A stretch of 49,943 nucleotides of DNA from positions 1 to 49,943 of the IMG/VR virus record IMGVR_UViG_3300049828_000264; one strand, written 5' to 3'. Positions 16,934 to 25,760 of this stretch are shown here, one piece after another. Both the position numbers and the translations under genes were made by a program. Numbering within the stretch: position 1 is the stretch's first letter; every line of letters starts with the position of its first letter. The stretch comes from a virus (lineage: Duplodnaviria; Caudoviricetes). The notes below the pieces were generated by a model, which did not search any database, had not been told where the DNA came from, and worked only from the letters and a program-made list of their open reading frames with translations.

Positions 16934-17410
16934 TTACGCCTTTTTAATTTTAGGTATCAGGCTATCGCTGACGATGCGCCCGCCGGTGTAGGTGTCTACG
17001 CGAGCTGCAATCCTCACAGCGTCAAGCGCGGACTTCCCGCAGTGCATCGCCGCCAGCGCCGCCATTGCCCCGCTGCCGATCGCGTAGAAATCTTCCTCGA
17101 TTTCCTCGCCGCGGCAGAACGTGTCGTACTCAAACAGCCCTTTCGGCGTGAGCACCAGGCACGTGAAGTCGGCGTCTATGTGAAGGAAAATGTCGGGCAC
17201 GGGCTTGCCGCTGCCGTACCAGTCGACGAACACCATCCCGGGCGACGATTCGCCGGCGGTAGCGATGATGACCTCGAATTGCTTTTTGCCTTCGCTGACA
17301 CGTTTGCGGAACAACTTGCGGCACGTGTGCATCCGCGCACCGCTGCCGTTGTCGACCGTCACCCTTGAGTCCGCGGCGAGAACCCCGTCCCGGTACGCAA
17401 TCGTGGTCAC
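16934..17410 (-). CDS. HslV/proteasome-beta-like Ntn-hydrolase (threonine peptidase-like)
   Basis: MTTIAY.DG.LAADS, K, AG, AIGSG..AA.AAM, A...D..TGG; GTGA overlap. Confidence 0.85.
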   Translation of the reverse strand: MTTIAYRDGVLAADSRVTVDNGSGARMHTCRKLFRKRVSEGKKQFEVIIATAGESSPGMVFVDWYGSGKPVPDIFLHIDADFTCLVLTPKGLFEYDTFCRGEEIEEDFYAIGSGAMAALAAMHCGKSALDAVRIAARVDTYTGGRIVSDSLIPKIKKA

Positions 17411-18267
17411 GTGACATCCTTGGTAACGTCGGTGCGCTCGCTGCCGGCCATATCGCCGACGATGCGATCCTTCGTGTCCGCGAGGTCGCGGAACGTGACA
17501 GTGGCGAACCCACCGCCGAGGTCGTCGACCGTCGTCTTGCCGGCAACGTAGGCCGCCAGCAGACGCAGGATTTCCGCGGCGGTGTAGCCCGACTCGATGA
17601 CTTCGGTCCACGGGTTCGACGCGCTGCCGGCGTCATTCAGCTTCTCGCCCATCGTGCCCGGGTCATTGTTGGTCGCGGCCAGCGCCGCCCATACCGCCTG
17701 GCCGACGTTCGCTGTGGACAGGCCGGTGCCCGTGACCACAATGTCGATCGCCATATCGCCGAACGCCGCAATCGTCGCATCGAGATCGCCCGCCCCCAGC
17801 AGTCCGATGACCATGTTGCCGAGCCCGGACAGGTTGGCGTCCAAGTCGCCCGAGCCGGTCATGTCGATGGTGGCGTTGAGTCGCCCTTCGATCGTTGCCG
17901 TGAGGTCGCCAGCGCCCGCCATTGCAAGCAGCATGGAAACGACGAGCCCGGCCGTCGCGTCGAGGTCTCCGGCGCCGGTGAGGTCGATGCTCATGGGATA
18001 CGACGGGATCAGGCCGGCGGCGAGCGTTCCCGCCCCGACCGTCCGCATGGACATTCCGCCACCGGTCTGCGGCAGCATCCAGGCGTTCGGCGCGAGGTTG
18101 CCCTGCGGTAGCGCTACCTGACGCGAGGTGAGGAACGCGATGTTGCGCATCCGCCCGGTGCGGTAGTCACCGGCCGGTGCGCGTCCGTTCAAATAGGATA
18201 GCGTCGCCCCTGCGTAGGTGCGAAACGGGTTCATCCCGTTGCGGTATCCGTTGCAGATCAGCCCCAT
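17407..18267 (-). CDS. Putative virion structural protein with repeated (L/M)xGxGDLxA units
   Basis: LTGAGDLDA, MAGAGDLTA, MTGSGDLDA, LLGAGDLDA; Gly/Ala/Thr-rich. Confidence 0.75.
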   Translation of the reverse strand: MGLICNGYRNGMNPFRTYAGATLSYLNGRAPAGDYRTGRMRNIAFLTSRQVALPQGNLAPNAWMLPQTGGGMSMRTVGAGTLAAGLIPSYPMSIDLTGAGDLDATAGLVVSMLLAMAGAGDLTATIEGRLNATIDMTGSGDLDANLSGLGNMVIGLLGAGDLDATIAAFGDMAIDIVVTGTGLSTANVGQAVWAALAATNNDPGTMGEKLNDAGSASNPWTEVIESGYTAAEILRLLAAYVAGKTTVDDLGGGFATVTFRDLADTKDRIVGDMAGSERTDVTKDVT

Positions 18268-19163
18268 CCGTGCGCGCTCTCGACCAGCAGCGGCGCGTTG
18301 GCCGTGGTGGCGCCGGTGTTCATCAGCATCCACTGGATGCACGCGCCGTCACGGATGCGCGCCATGTTGGGCAGCGCGTTGATAAAGTCGGCGATGTTGT
18401 GAATGCCGGACGCCGGAAGCGGGATGCCCCACAACGGCTTGACCAGGTGCAGAACCATCTGCCCTGTGCCGGTGTAGGCCGTGCCGCCCGTCCACGTGAA
18501 CGACTCGAGATCGCTTATGCCTGTGTCGCCTGCCGCCATCGGGATAAACGGAGCGTAGCGGGTCGCTGCGCCGCCTGAGTGCGGCACTGCGCCGATGACC
18601 GGGGTTGCAGCCATACCGACCGTGACCGGACACGTCTTGCTCGCGCCTGCGACGTTCTTGTATCCGAAGGCCGTCATGTTTGGGCCGCCCGCGGTTGGTG
18701 CGACCTCAGTCGAGAAGAAGGCGCGCAGCCCTACGCCGTTCGGGTACCGGTCGACCTTGGCGGCCGTCGCTGCGATCGGAGTCATGGTTATGGTGCGCCC
18801 GGTGGTTCCGGTAACGTCGGCACCAGTGATCGGCACGTAGCCCACCTGATCTACCGCCAACAGGAACCACGGGGCTCCGGCCGCAGCGACGATGTTCGCG
18901 CCCGCGTACAGGAAGTGCTTGGTGTCGGGGCTCACGTCGCCGCCGTGCGGCCACGCACCATCCGCCCACGTGTCGTCCGTGGGGACGAACGTGAGCGAGG
19001 TACCGGGGTAGGCCGAGGCCGGCTCGCTGCCCGCGAACACGCCGAGGTTCGTCCAGAACGCCGCGACCTGTGCGGTCGAGATCGTCTTGTTGCGGATCGC
19101 GTAGTCGAATTTCCCGTTGGTCGAGACTTCGTTGATGAGGTCGTCTTGGCTTGCGAAACCCAT
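18258..19163 (-). CDS. Putative structural protein, paralog of 19167-20069
   Basis: GGAG RBS; beta-rich composition; shared motifs with upstream gene. Confidence 0.8.
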   Translation of the reverse strand: MGFASQDDLINEVSTNGKFDYAIRNKTISTAQVAAFWTNLGVFAGSEPASAYPGTSLTFVPTDDTWADGAWPHGGDVSPDTKHFLYAGANIVAAAGAPWFLLAVDQVGYVPITGADVTGTTGRTITMTPIAATAAKVDRYPNGVGLRAFFSTEVAPTAGGPNMTAFGYKNVAGASKTCPVTVGMAATPVIGAVPHSGGAATRYAPFIPMAAGDTGISDLESFTWTGGTAYTGTGQMVLHLVKPLWGIPLPASGIHNIADFINALPNMARIRDGACIQWMLMNTGATTANAPLLVESAHGWG

Positions 19164-19166
19164 GTG

Positions 19167-20069
19167 CTAACTCCAGAATGATTCGATCATGCCGACCAGC
19201 GGGGCCGACGCGAGGGAGCCGGCCGGGGTGTTACCGATCCAGCCAAAGAAGCCGCCTGCTGCGAGTCGGGGCGCGCCTGCGCGCATACGCACGCGCTCGA
19301 TCTCGGTGGCGTCGCCGTAGCTCTCGGTCGGAGAGGACGTCGGACGGCGGCACTCCTCCCGCGCGTAGGACATTTCCACCGGCTTGACCAGCACCAGCGC
19401 CGCGAGGCCGCCGTTCGCCACGTTCATTGTGACGCTGACGATGCGCTTCACGCCACGTCCGTTGGCAACCCGCGGTATGAACGGGGCAAGCCCCGCAGCG
19501 GCAGACACGGCGGAGACCAGCGCGCCCGAAGGCTGCGCAGCTGCGCAAAACTGAATCGCTGTCGTCTGTTCAACGTCGTCGGTGTCGATGTACTTGACCG
19601 TGAAGCTGCCGCCGCCGACCGTGGGCGCTTGCGCGACCAGCATCATCTGCACACCCACGCCATCCTCGAAGCGCGGCAGCGTCACGGTGTTGTCCATGAC
19701 CTGTTCTTCGCCCGCGGCGTCCAGGTCAATGAACGGGTAGAACAACAGGTAGTCCAGCAGCATGAGTTGCTGGTTCTGATTGGTCGTACCGGTGACGCTC
19801 GCGGCGGCCGACATGACCGTGGTGGACTTGAGGTAGCGGTCTGTCAGCTGTTCGGGAACGAAGATGCCCTTCTCAGGCTCGAGTGTAGCGGCCACCAGCG
19901 GCGAGGAAGCGTAGTAGTTCGGCACCGGCACGCCGGAAGCGGTCGAGTAGTCGAACCACTGGCCGGCGACGGTGGCGGTGCTCGACGGGACCTTGCGGAA
20001 AAAGGACAGCCACGATCGGCCGTCCCCTTCGCTGTCAGCCCACGCCTTGACCGTCTGGAAGCCGCTCAT
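19167..20069 (-). CDS. Putative structural protein, paralog of 18258-19163 (MSGFQTVKAW...)
   Basis: GGAG RBS; TGATG overlap. Confidence 0.8.
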   Translation of the reverse strand: MSGFQTVKAWADSEGDGRSWLSFFRKVPSSTATVAGQWFDYSTASGVPVPNYYASSPLVAATLEPEKGIFVPEQLTDRYLKSTTVMSAAASVTGTTNQNQQLMLLDYLLFYPFIDLDAAGEEQVMDNTVTLPRFEDGVGVQMMLVAQAPTVGGGSFTVKYIDTDDVEQTTAIQFCAAAQPSGALVSAVSAAAGLAPFIPRVANGRGVKRIVSVTMNVANGGLAALVLVKPVEMSYAREECRRPTSSPTESYGDATEIERVRMRAGAPRLAAGGFFGWIGNTPAGSLASAPLVGMIESFWS

Positions 20070-20320
20070 CAGATGCTCCGCCCCGTCAGCGCTGACAACA
20101 GCTGCCGCACGCTGAGCGTGATCTTGCGCTGCCAGCGCGTAGCGATGTTCACGTCGCCCTTGCCGTACAGCGTGACCTTGCGGTTCGCCCACACGGTTGC
20201 GCCGTCGTGCTCGCAGCGCCGGTTGATGACCGGTTCGCCGTCCGCGACGGGCAGCACGTCAACCGGCTTGCCGCACACCGAGCACTCGTAGAGCGGAGGG
20301 AACTTTTCGGCGAGGTTCAT
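20069..20320 (-). CDS. Small Zn-ribbon-like protein (83 aa, MNLAEKFPPLYECSVCG...)
   Basis: CSVC...C.H; TGATG overlaps on both sides. Confidence 0.75.
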   Translation of the reverse strand: MNLAEKFPPLYECSVCGKPVDVLPVADGEPVINRRCEHDGATVWANRKVTLYGKGDVNIATRWQRKITLSVRQLLSALTGRSI

Positions 20321-20751
20321 CAGGTCTCCGTGATCGTGACGGCACCGGCGGCGAAACGCGGCTGAATCTGGTTCGACACCGCGATCGACGCGTTGAGGTC
20401 GCCATAGTGGAAAATGTCCGAGGCGCCGGCCGCTTTGCTGGTGCAGGCGGAGGTGATCGTGGCGCCGGTCACACCGCATTGCGGGAACTCGATGGCCGCG
20501 ACGTTGGCCGTGGAGCCGCCGGAGGGCACGCTCCATCCGCCCGTGGTGCGGGCGACGTCCTGCGCAGCGTAGTTGGTGTACGCCGTCTCGTTGGAGCTGC
20601 CATTACTGGCGCCGGTGTAGCTGGCCGTGGCCAGTCGCATCTTGATGTTGGTGACGGGCGAGGCCGCTGCGTTGTCGGCGATGTTGGCCCACGCCGTAGC
20701 GTTGTACACCAGGGCGAGGACGTTGTTACAGGTCGCGGTGCCTTTAGGCAT
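20320..20751 (-). CDS. Conserved-type phage structural/tail-associated protein (143 aa)
   Basis: NE.AYTNYA...VAR..GGW, N.AAI.FP, I.P.FAAGA pattern; GGAG RBS. Confidence 0.8.
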   Translation of the reverse strand: MPKGTATCNNVLALVYNATAWANIADNAAASPVTNIKMRLATASYTGASNGSSNETAYTNYAAQDVARTTGGWSVPSGGSTANVAAIEFPQCGVTGATITSACTSKAAGASDIFHYGDLNASIAVSNQIQPRFAAGAVTITET

Positions 20752-20783
20752 GGGTCGAATCTCCGAGAGTTAAACGCCGGGTC

Positions 20784-21119
20784 TCAGCCCCAGCCGCCAG
20801 GAATGTAGGAATTGCCGCCTCCCGGGCCGCCTGTCTGCGGCACCCACTCGGTATCATAATCAGTGCCGCTCGCCTTGGCGAGAACTTCCCCCGCCGAGCC
20901 CCCGGTCGGGACCCCGGGCCCCGCGGGACCGGTGGGGCCCTGCGGCCCGGGGGAGCCGCCGCCCACCACGGGCTCGAACACTACCGGGTCGACCTGGGTG
21001 CAGCTGTAGAGGATTGGTGGGGTTGCGTCCGTGTCCATCCACAAGCGGCCAAGGGTGACGTCGCCGTCCGGTGGGTCCCCGGCGTAGACGACTTGCCATG
21101 TGCTGCTATTACGCAGCAC
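20784..21119 (-). CDS. Small fibre-associated protein with short collagen-like repeat
   Basis: GPQGPTGPAGPG then VPTGG.AG.VLAK.S.TDYDT.W; G.LW.DT; start uncertain. Confidence 0.75.
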   Translation of the reverse strand: MLRNSSTWQVVYAGDPPDGDVTLGRLWMDTDATPPILYSCTQVDPVVFEPVVGGGSPGPQGPTGPAGPGVPTGGSAGEVLAKASGTDYDTEWVPQTGGPGGGNSYIPGGWG

Positions 21120-21288
21120 GGGGGCGGCCCTCGACGCGAACGTGCCACCAGATCGCCAGCTTGCGGGTGCGGACCCGCAGGCGGTCGCCGCAGCCGGCGC
21201 AGAGCACTACGAAGTGATTGGACGTCGGCACCTTTTCCAGCGTGTGCTCCCGGGCGCAGCGCGGGCACTTGACGATCAGGGGCTTCAC
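21109..21288 (-). CDS. Small Zn-ribbon protein (59 aa)
   Basis: CPRC...CAGC; GTGA overlap. Confidence 0.6.
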   Translation of the reverse strand: MKPLIVKCPRCAREHTLEKVPTSNHFVVLCAGCGDRLRVRTRKLAIWWHVRVEGRPRAA

Positions 21289-21593
21289 AGGCCGCTCCCC
21301 CGCTGGACGTAGACCGGCCCCGTCCCCGCGGACAAGATCACGCCGACGTCGGTGTGCCCGGCCGGCACCACGAAGGTCTCGGTCGAGCCCGGAGCGACGA
21401 ACGTGTCGGTCAGGACCGCCGTCTGTGCCCCCTCGCCGGTGCGGAAGTGGGCCATCGCCGAGCTGCCGTTGAACACGCGCAAGGTTGTGGTGCGGGGAGA
21501 GACCGCGGACGGCAGCGTCACGGTGGCGCTGGTCGTAGTGGCTGCGATCTTGGCACAATTGCCGACACCGTAGAAAGCCTGCTGCCCGCTCAT
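21285..21593 (-). CDS. Small beta-rich putative virion/decoration protein (102 aa)
   Basis: GGAG RBS; ATGA overlap; S/T/A/G/V-rich. Confidence 0.75.
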   Translation of the reverse strand: MSGQQAFYGVGNCAKIAATTTSATVTLPSAVSPRTTTLRVFNGSSAMAHFRTGEGAQTAVLTDTFVAPGSTETFVVPAGHTDVGVILSAGTGPVYVQRGSGL

Positions 21594-23068
21594 TTTTCCA
21601 GTCTCCAGCGCCCGTCCGCAATGACGATGATCTGCCGCTTGCCGTCTGCGTGCAGCACGGCATGGGCGTTGAGCCACGAACTCGCGCCGTGATTATACTC
21701 GAGCCGTAACCGTGTCGAGGTGCCGACTTGGTAGCATCCCTCGTCGATTCCGGGGGTGTGCGAGTGGCCGATGATCGACTTGACCCCGATGCGCCGGAGG
21801 TTCTTGATGCTGCCCCGGGCGCCGTTCGGGCCCCGGTCGCCGTGCATCCCCAGCTCGACGTTGGCCAGCACGAAGCTCTCGTCGTCCCCCAGCACTCTGA
21901 CCCGTGGCAGCTTGGCCTGCCTCACCCAATGCGAGAACGGGTCCGGGTACTCGGCGCCGTGCCCGGTGAGCCGGGTCCCCTTGGCCATCGCCAGCGCCGT
22001 CTCGAGGTAGAACTCGGCGTTGAGCGGGTCGCTGCGCCAGTCCGCCTGGACTACCCAGCGGCGCAGCATATCGTTGTGGTTGCTGCCGACGACGACTGAG
22101 ATAGCGCCCATCGGGGTGCGCTCGGAAATGAAGTCGATCGCCTCCTGCACCTCGGCGCGCACGTCGTCCGCCCGGCCACGCTTGGCGATGGCGTTGAACG
22201 GGTTGCCGAGGTGGTGCGGGTTGCAGCTGTAGGCGTCCAGGAGGTCGTGCCATACCAGATGCTTCGGCTTGAGCACGGTAACGATGCCCGTGGGGCCGAA
22301 CGTGGCGCGCTCCACGGCCGGGTCGATCGCCTTGACGTGCGTGTCCCCCATGACCAGCGCCAGTGGCTCCGGCGCCTTCTCAGGGCCGTTCGGGGTGTAG
22401 CGGGTCCCGAGGTCGGTTACGCTCCCGCTCTTGGCGTCGTAGTGGACGTGGCGCAGATGGAAGTGGCCCCCGTCGATTTCCACGATGACCGCGGCGAGCG
22501 AGTGGTGGAACTCCCCGATCCGCCCGGAGCGGGAGTCGGTGTAGTTCGGCACCGTGCAGGCACCCGTGGTCGTCAGTATCTTCGCCATGCGCTGCGAGGG
22601 CGTCGGGATGCAGCGCAGCTGGACCTTGGTGTGCCCCACGATGCCCGAGGCGGCGTGCGAGAGCGCGTCGGCCCCGGTGAGCGGGCTCGAGGCGGTCGGC
22701 TGAATCTTGAGGTCTGCCAGGAAAGTCAGGTTGCGGTTGAGCGCCCGGCGTTGGTTCCACAGGAACGGCCGGACCTCGCGCGCCCAATGCTCGGCGTTCT
22801 GCTGGCTCCCCGACCACTGGCTCGTCGGGTTCTTGTAGCGCAGCGGATGCACCATCAGCTCCCCGCAGCGGTGCTCGGCGATGCGCAGGAGGCACGCCCA
22901 AAACCCGGGGTGAACCGGCGTCGCGTTCTGCGCCGCGGTGATGACGAACACGGCGGCCTTGGGGTCGAGCGGGCGCTCGAACACCGCAGTAGTGGCTTCG
23001 ACGCGAAACGTCGGGTCGTGAGCCCGCTGGAAATCCTTTACCGAACGGCCAGCGGGCTTACGCATCAC
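21590..23068 (-). CDS. Calcineurin-like metallophosphoesterase with N-terminal extension, T5 A1-like
   Basis: GDTH, HDLLD, GSNH, MHGD, GHSH metal motifs; N-terminal FVITAAQNAT.VH..F resembles the A1 family (from memory). Confidence 0.8.
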   Translation of the reverse strand: MMRKPAGRSVKDFQRAHDPTFRVEATTAVFERPLDPKAAVFVITAAQNATPVHPGFWACLLRIAEHRCGELMVHPLRYKNPTSQWSGSQQNAEHWAREVRPFLWNQRRALNRNLTFLADLKIQPTASSPLTGADALSHAASGIVGHTKVQLRCIPTPSQRMAKILTTTGACTVPNYTDSRSGRIGEFHHSLAAVIVEIDGGHFHLRHVHYDAKSGSVTDLGTRYTPNGPEKAPEPLALVMGDTHVKAIDPAVERATFGPTGIVTVLKPKHLVWHDLLDAYSCNPHHLGNPFNAIAKRGRADDVRAEVQEAIDFISERTPMGAISVVVGSNHNDMLRRWVVQADWRSDPLNAEFYLETALAMAKGTRLTGHGAEYPDPFSHWVRQAKLPRVRVLGDDESFVLANVELGMHGDRGPNGARGSIKNLRRIGVKSIIGHSHTPGIDEGCYQVGTSTRLRLEYNHGASSWLNAHAVLHADGKRQIIVIADGRWRLEK

Positions 23069-23346
23069 ATGGTACTCCGCAACTTGGCGGCGAACGCTTT
23101 GGTTCCCGCCCACACCCGCTTACCGCGGTTGCCGCCCGTACTGGCGGTCTCGACGTAGAAGTCTTTGAATTGATCGCGGTACACCACGAAGTCGCCGGTG
23201 GACAGCTGGCAGCGGCGGATGAATTCCCCCTCGTACTCCCAGCTATCCCCCAGCTCCGTCAGCGCGGAAGCGATCTTCTTTGGGACGAAATAGGACTTGT
23301 CGTGAGACGCGCGGAACGCGTCTATGTTCTTCCCTTTGCTCGTCAC
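23065..23346 (-). CDS. Small basic protein coupled to the phosphoesterase (93 aa)
   Basis: GAAGG RBS, GTG start; GTGA overlap with downstream gene. Confidence 0.8.
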   Translation of the reverse strand: MTSKGKNIDAFRASHDKSYFVPKKIASALTELGDSWEYEGEFIRRCQLSTGDFVVYRDQFKDFYVETASTGGNRGKRVWAGTKAFAAKLRSTM

Positions 23347-23394
23347 AGGTCGTTACCTTCGTGGCCACTGAAAATGTCCCTCCTGTGGGGCAGA

Positions 23395-23706
23395 TCAGGC
23401 CGCGAGAGTCAGCGTGAGCGAAGCCAGCGCGCCCGGGGGCGAGGTGTCCTCGAGGCTGATGCTCGCTTCGACCGGCAGTGAACTCCGGCCGGCGGTGTCG
23501 ATGACCGTTCCGCGGAACAGCCAGTCGCCCGGCTCGAGGTCCGAGACGGTGGTCTCGAGCACGTCAGGCTCGAATGAGCCGACCTCGGCGTAGTTGATCC
23601 CATCGGCGCTGATCTCGATAATCACAGCGTCGATCTTGTCGATCGTCAACGGCTTGCCGCTGACTTTGGTGGTCGGGAGAATCCATGAGACGGTTACGTT
23701 CGGCAT
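23395..23706 (-). CDS. Stand-alone fibronectin type III / Ig-like protein
   Basis: V.VSW..P, DLEPG.W.F.....D..G..S; AAGGA RBS. Confidence 0.75.
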   Translation of the reverse strand: MPNVTVSWILPTTKVSGKPLTIDKIDAVIIEISADGINYAEVGSFEPDVLETTVSDLEPGDWLFRGTVIDTAGRSSLPVEASISLEDTSPPGALASLTLTLAA

Positions 23707-23782
23707 TTAAGTTCCTTCAAGCTGCTTGGGTGGTTACGACACACGATCTTGAAAATCGCGCGCACTATACTCTGCCACAACT

Positions 23783-24319
23783 TCACGAACATTTCGCCAT
23801 CACCAGCTTCGGTCGCGTAGAGCCCGACCACGTGACGGCGGTGTACGGCACCGCGTAGTGCCCGTTCACGCTCTGCGTTGCGTCACAGAGCGTGCCAAGC
23901 GGGACGGTTCCTACCTGTATCAGAATGAGGCGATTCGTACTCTTGGCAACGGAGTACGCCGGCGTCGCCAGCGTGACGAACTCTGCCGGCTGAACCGTCT
24001 TGTTTACCGTGACGAATTCGCTGCGCTCCCCTGCTGCGTCGACCGCGGCCAAGCTGAACCACCAGTCGCCCGGCGTCAGTCCCGTGACGTTGTAGCTCAA
24101 CGGGGTGAGCGGAAGCTCGGCTCTCCGTTGGCCGTATGTCAGCGAGTACCCGGCGAGGTTGGTGAGCGCCGTCCCGTCGCACCGCTGCGTCGGCGGGGTC
24201 CACGTGATCGTGGTCTCTGCGGAATTCGCTTTCTTGAACGCGCCGCCGATCCACAGCGCCAGCGCGGCGAGCACGGCAATCGTCAGCAGGCTCATCGGGT
24301 CCGGTTTCTTGTATCTCAT
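23783..24319 (-). CDS. FN3-like protein with N-terminal signal/TM segment
   Basis: LLTIAVLAALALWIGGAF; TITW.PPT, GLTPG.W.F...AVD..G..S; GGAGG RBS. Confidence 0.75.
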   Translation of the reverse strand: MRYKKPDPMSLLTIAVLAALALWIGGAFKKANSAETTITWTPPTQRCDGTALTNLAGYSLTYGQRRAELPLTPLSYNVTGLTPGDWWFSLAAVDAAGERSEFVTVNKTVQPAEFVTLATPAYSVAKSTNRLILIQVGTVPLGTLCDATQSVNGHYAVPYTAVTWSGSTRPKLVMAKCS

Positions 24320-24579
24320 TTGCCCTCCGGCTGAGTCGAGAGCGCGGCCTCGCGGCAGCGGTAGTATTGCCCGGCGACTTCGATCAACTTGAGCGTGGTG
24401 GCACCGAAGCTGTCATCGTTGAGGGGCGTTAGGTGCGGGCAGCTTATCGCCACCAGTGGGTTCGGTTTGGGTTCCGAGCGCTTCGTTGACCAGGCGCAGC
24501 CCGGTAGGATCGTGGCGGCAATCACCATACACAGGAACTTCCCGGGTGATAGTTTCGGCCTTCTGGCGGATCGTGACAT
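24316..24579 (-). CDS. Outer-membrane spanin (Rz1-like lipoprotein); alternative start 24528
   Basis: Lipobox ILPG-C, Pro-rich, C-terminal Y..C; overlaps i-spanin in another frame. Confidence 0.8.
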   Translation of the reverse strand: MSRSARRPKLSPGKFLCMVIAATILPGCAWSTKRSEPKPNPLVAISCPHLTPLNDDSFGATTLKLIEVAGQYYRCREAALSTQPEGK

Positions 24580-24790
24580 TGCGCACCTCGATCTTGGATA
24601 TGGCTTCGCCGGCGGCGGCCAGCGCGGCATCGCGCGTACGGGTCTCCACGTCGGCCAGCTTCGCCTGTTCCGCGATGATGCTGTCTTGCCCCAGCCGGTA
24701 GCCCTTGTAGCCGACCGCGCCATACGACGCGATGACCGTCAGGATGACGGCCAGCAGCACCCAAGGATTACTCAGCAGGAGCTTGAGCAT
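24413..24790 (-). CDS. Inner-membrane spanin (Rz-like)
   Basis: N-terminal TM, helical region, C-terminal Cys; position after endolysin/holin. Confidence 0.8.
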   Translation of the reverse strand: MLKLLLSNPWVLLAVILTVIASYGAVGYKGYRLGQDSIIAEQAKLADVETRTRDAALAAAGEAISKIEVRNVTIRQKAETITREVPVYGDCRHDPTGLRLVNEALGTQTEPTGGDKLPAPNAPQR

Positions 24791-24974
24791 CAGGAACACC
24801 CTTGACCTTCTGGTACGTGTTGCCACCGATGTAGACGGCCACAGTCGCAATGATGATGTCGCGGAAGATCGAGCCGTCGATCTTCGTGAACCACACCAAA
24901 GCGGTGCAAGCGACACCGCATCCCATCGTCATGACGAACCTCCGCCCTCCTACGGCGGCGAGTGCGTCGCGCAT
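24768..24974 (-). CDS. Putative holin (2 TM, 68 aa)
   Basis: GGRRF + two hydrophobic segments, YIGGN; between endolysin and spanins. Confidence 0.7.
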   Translation of the reverse strand: MRDALAAVGGRRFVMTMGCGVACTALVWFTKIDGSIFRDIIIATVAVYIGGNTYQKVKGVPDAQAPAE

Positions 24975-24975
24975 A

Positions 24976-25464
24976 TCAAGCCTCGTTTCGGCTGGCCTTT
25001 TCGCTGTTGGCGAAGCGCTCAAGCGGCTGAAAAGGGGCGTAAATGTGTCCTGGCGGCCAACGATAACCCAGCACGCGGCTGCGGTCAAACGGCGCGATCG
25101 ACACGCGGTTGCCCTGATTCCCGCCGAGAACCAGCAGGCGCCCCGTCAGGTCCTCGCCGACGACGAAGCCGACGTGACCCCCGCCCTTGCGCTCGAACAC
25201 CACGACGCAGCCCGGGATCGGGGCGCTCAGCGGAGTGCCCCACTCGAGCCACGCCTTCGCGCGATACCAGTGCTTGACCGGGGTGATGCCGACGTCCAGA
25301 AAGACGGCAGCGACAAAGGTGCCGCACCAAGGGGTTTCGTCGTCGCTCCACCACGCCTTGAGCCGGGTGAGCCACTTGCGGATGGTGGGGTGCGTGCCGG
25401 GGCCGGCAACTTCGATGAGCCCTTCGTAGTAGCGGGCGGCAGCAAGCCAAGGTGGGTTGGTCAC
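24976..25464 (-). CDS. Endolysin, TIGR02594 / NlpC-P60-CHAP-like cysteine peptidase
   Basis: PW...A, DDETPWCG.F, GHVGF, LGGNQ.N. Confidence 0.9.
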   Translation of the reverse strand: MTNPPWLAAARYYEGLIEVAGPGTHPTIRKWLTRLKAWWSDDETPWCGTFVAAVFLDVGITPVKHWYRAKAWLEWGTPLSAPIPGCVVVFERKGGGHVGFVVGEDLTGRLLVLGGNQGNRVSIAPFDRSRVLGYRWPPGHIYAPFQPLERFANSEKASRNEA

Positions 25465-25721
25465 GGGCTGGAGCCGCCGGTAAGCAGGTACTTGACCACC
25501 GTTGTCACCAGTGCTCCGACGCTGCCGGCGACAAGGGTGATGGCGGCCATGCCGCCCTTCCACTTGTTCATGTTCTCTGTCAACGGAGCGAGGCGATTTT
25601 CCAGATGCTCGCGGGAGACTACCGCGCTGTCCATCTTCTGATCGAGCCCTTGCACCTTCACCTCGAGCCGCGCTAGGGCGAGGCGAACCTCGGTCAAAAT
25701 ATCGTCTTGCGCTGGCGGCAT
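25461..25721 (-). CDS. Holin/antiholin-like protein (coiled coil + C-terminal TM)
   Basis: LARLEVKV coiled coil, KWKGG then TM; directly upstream of endolysin. Confidence 0.65.
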   Translation of the reverse strand: MPPAQDDILTEVRLALARLEVKVQGLDQKMDSAVVSREHLENRLAPLTENMNKWKGGMAAITLVAGSVGALVTTVVKYLLTGGSSP

Positions 25722-25760
25722 GGCGTCTCTCGGCGATTGAACCCGGCTCCTGGGACAAGT

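Noticed and set aside
16927-16945. + strand intrinsic terminator GGCG-N6-CGCC-TTTTT
   Set aside because: Only a 4-5 bp stem, overlapping the Lys-Lys-Ala-stop codons of the opposite gene
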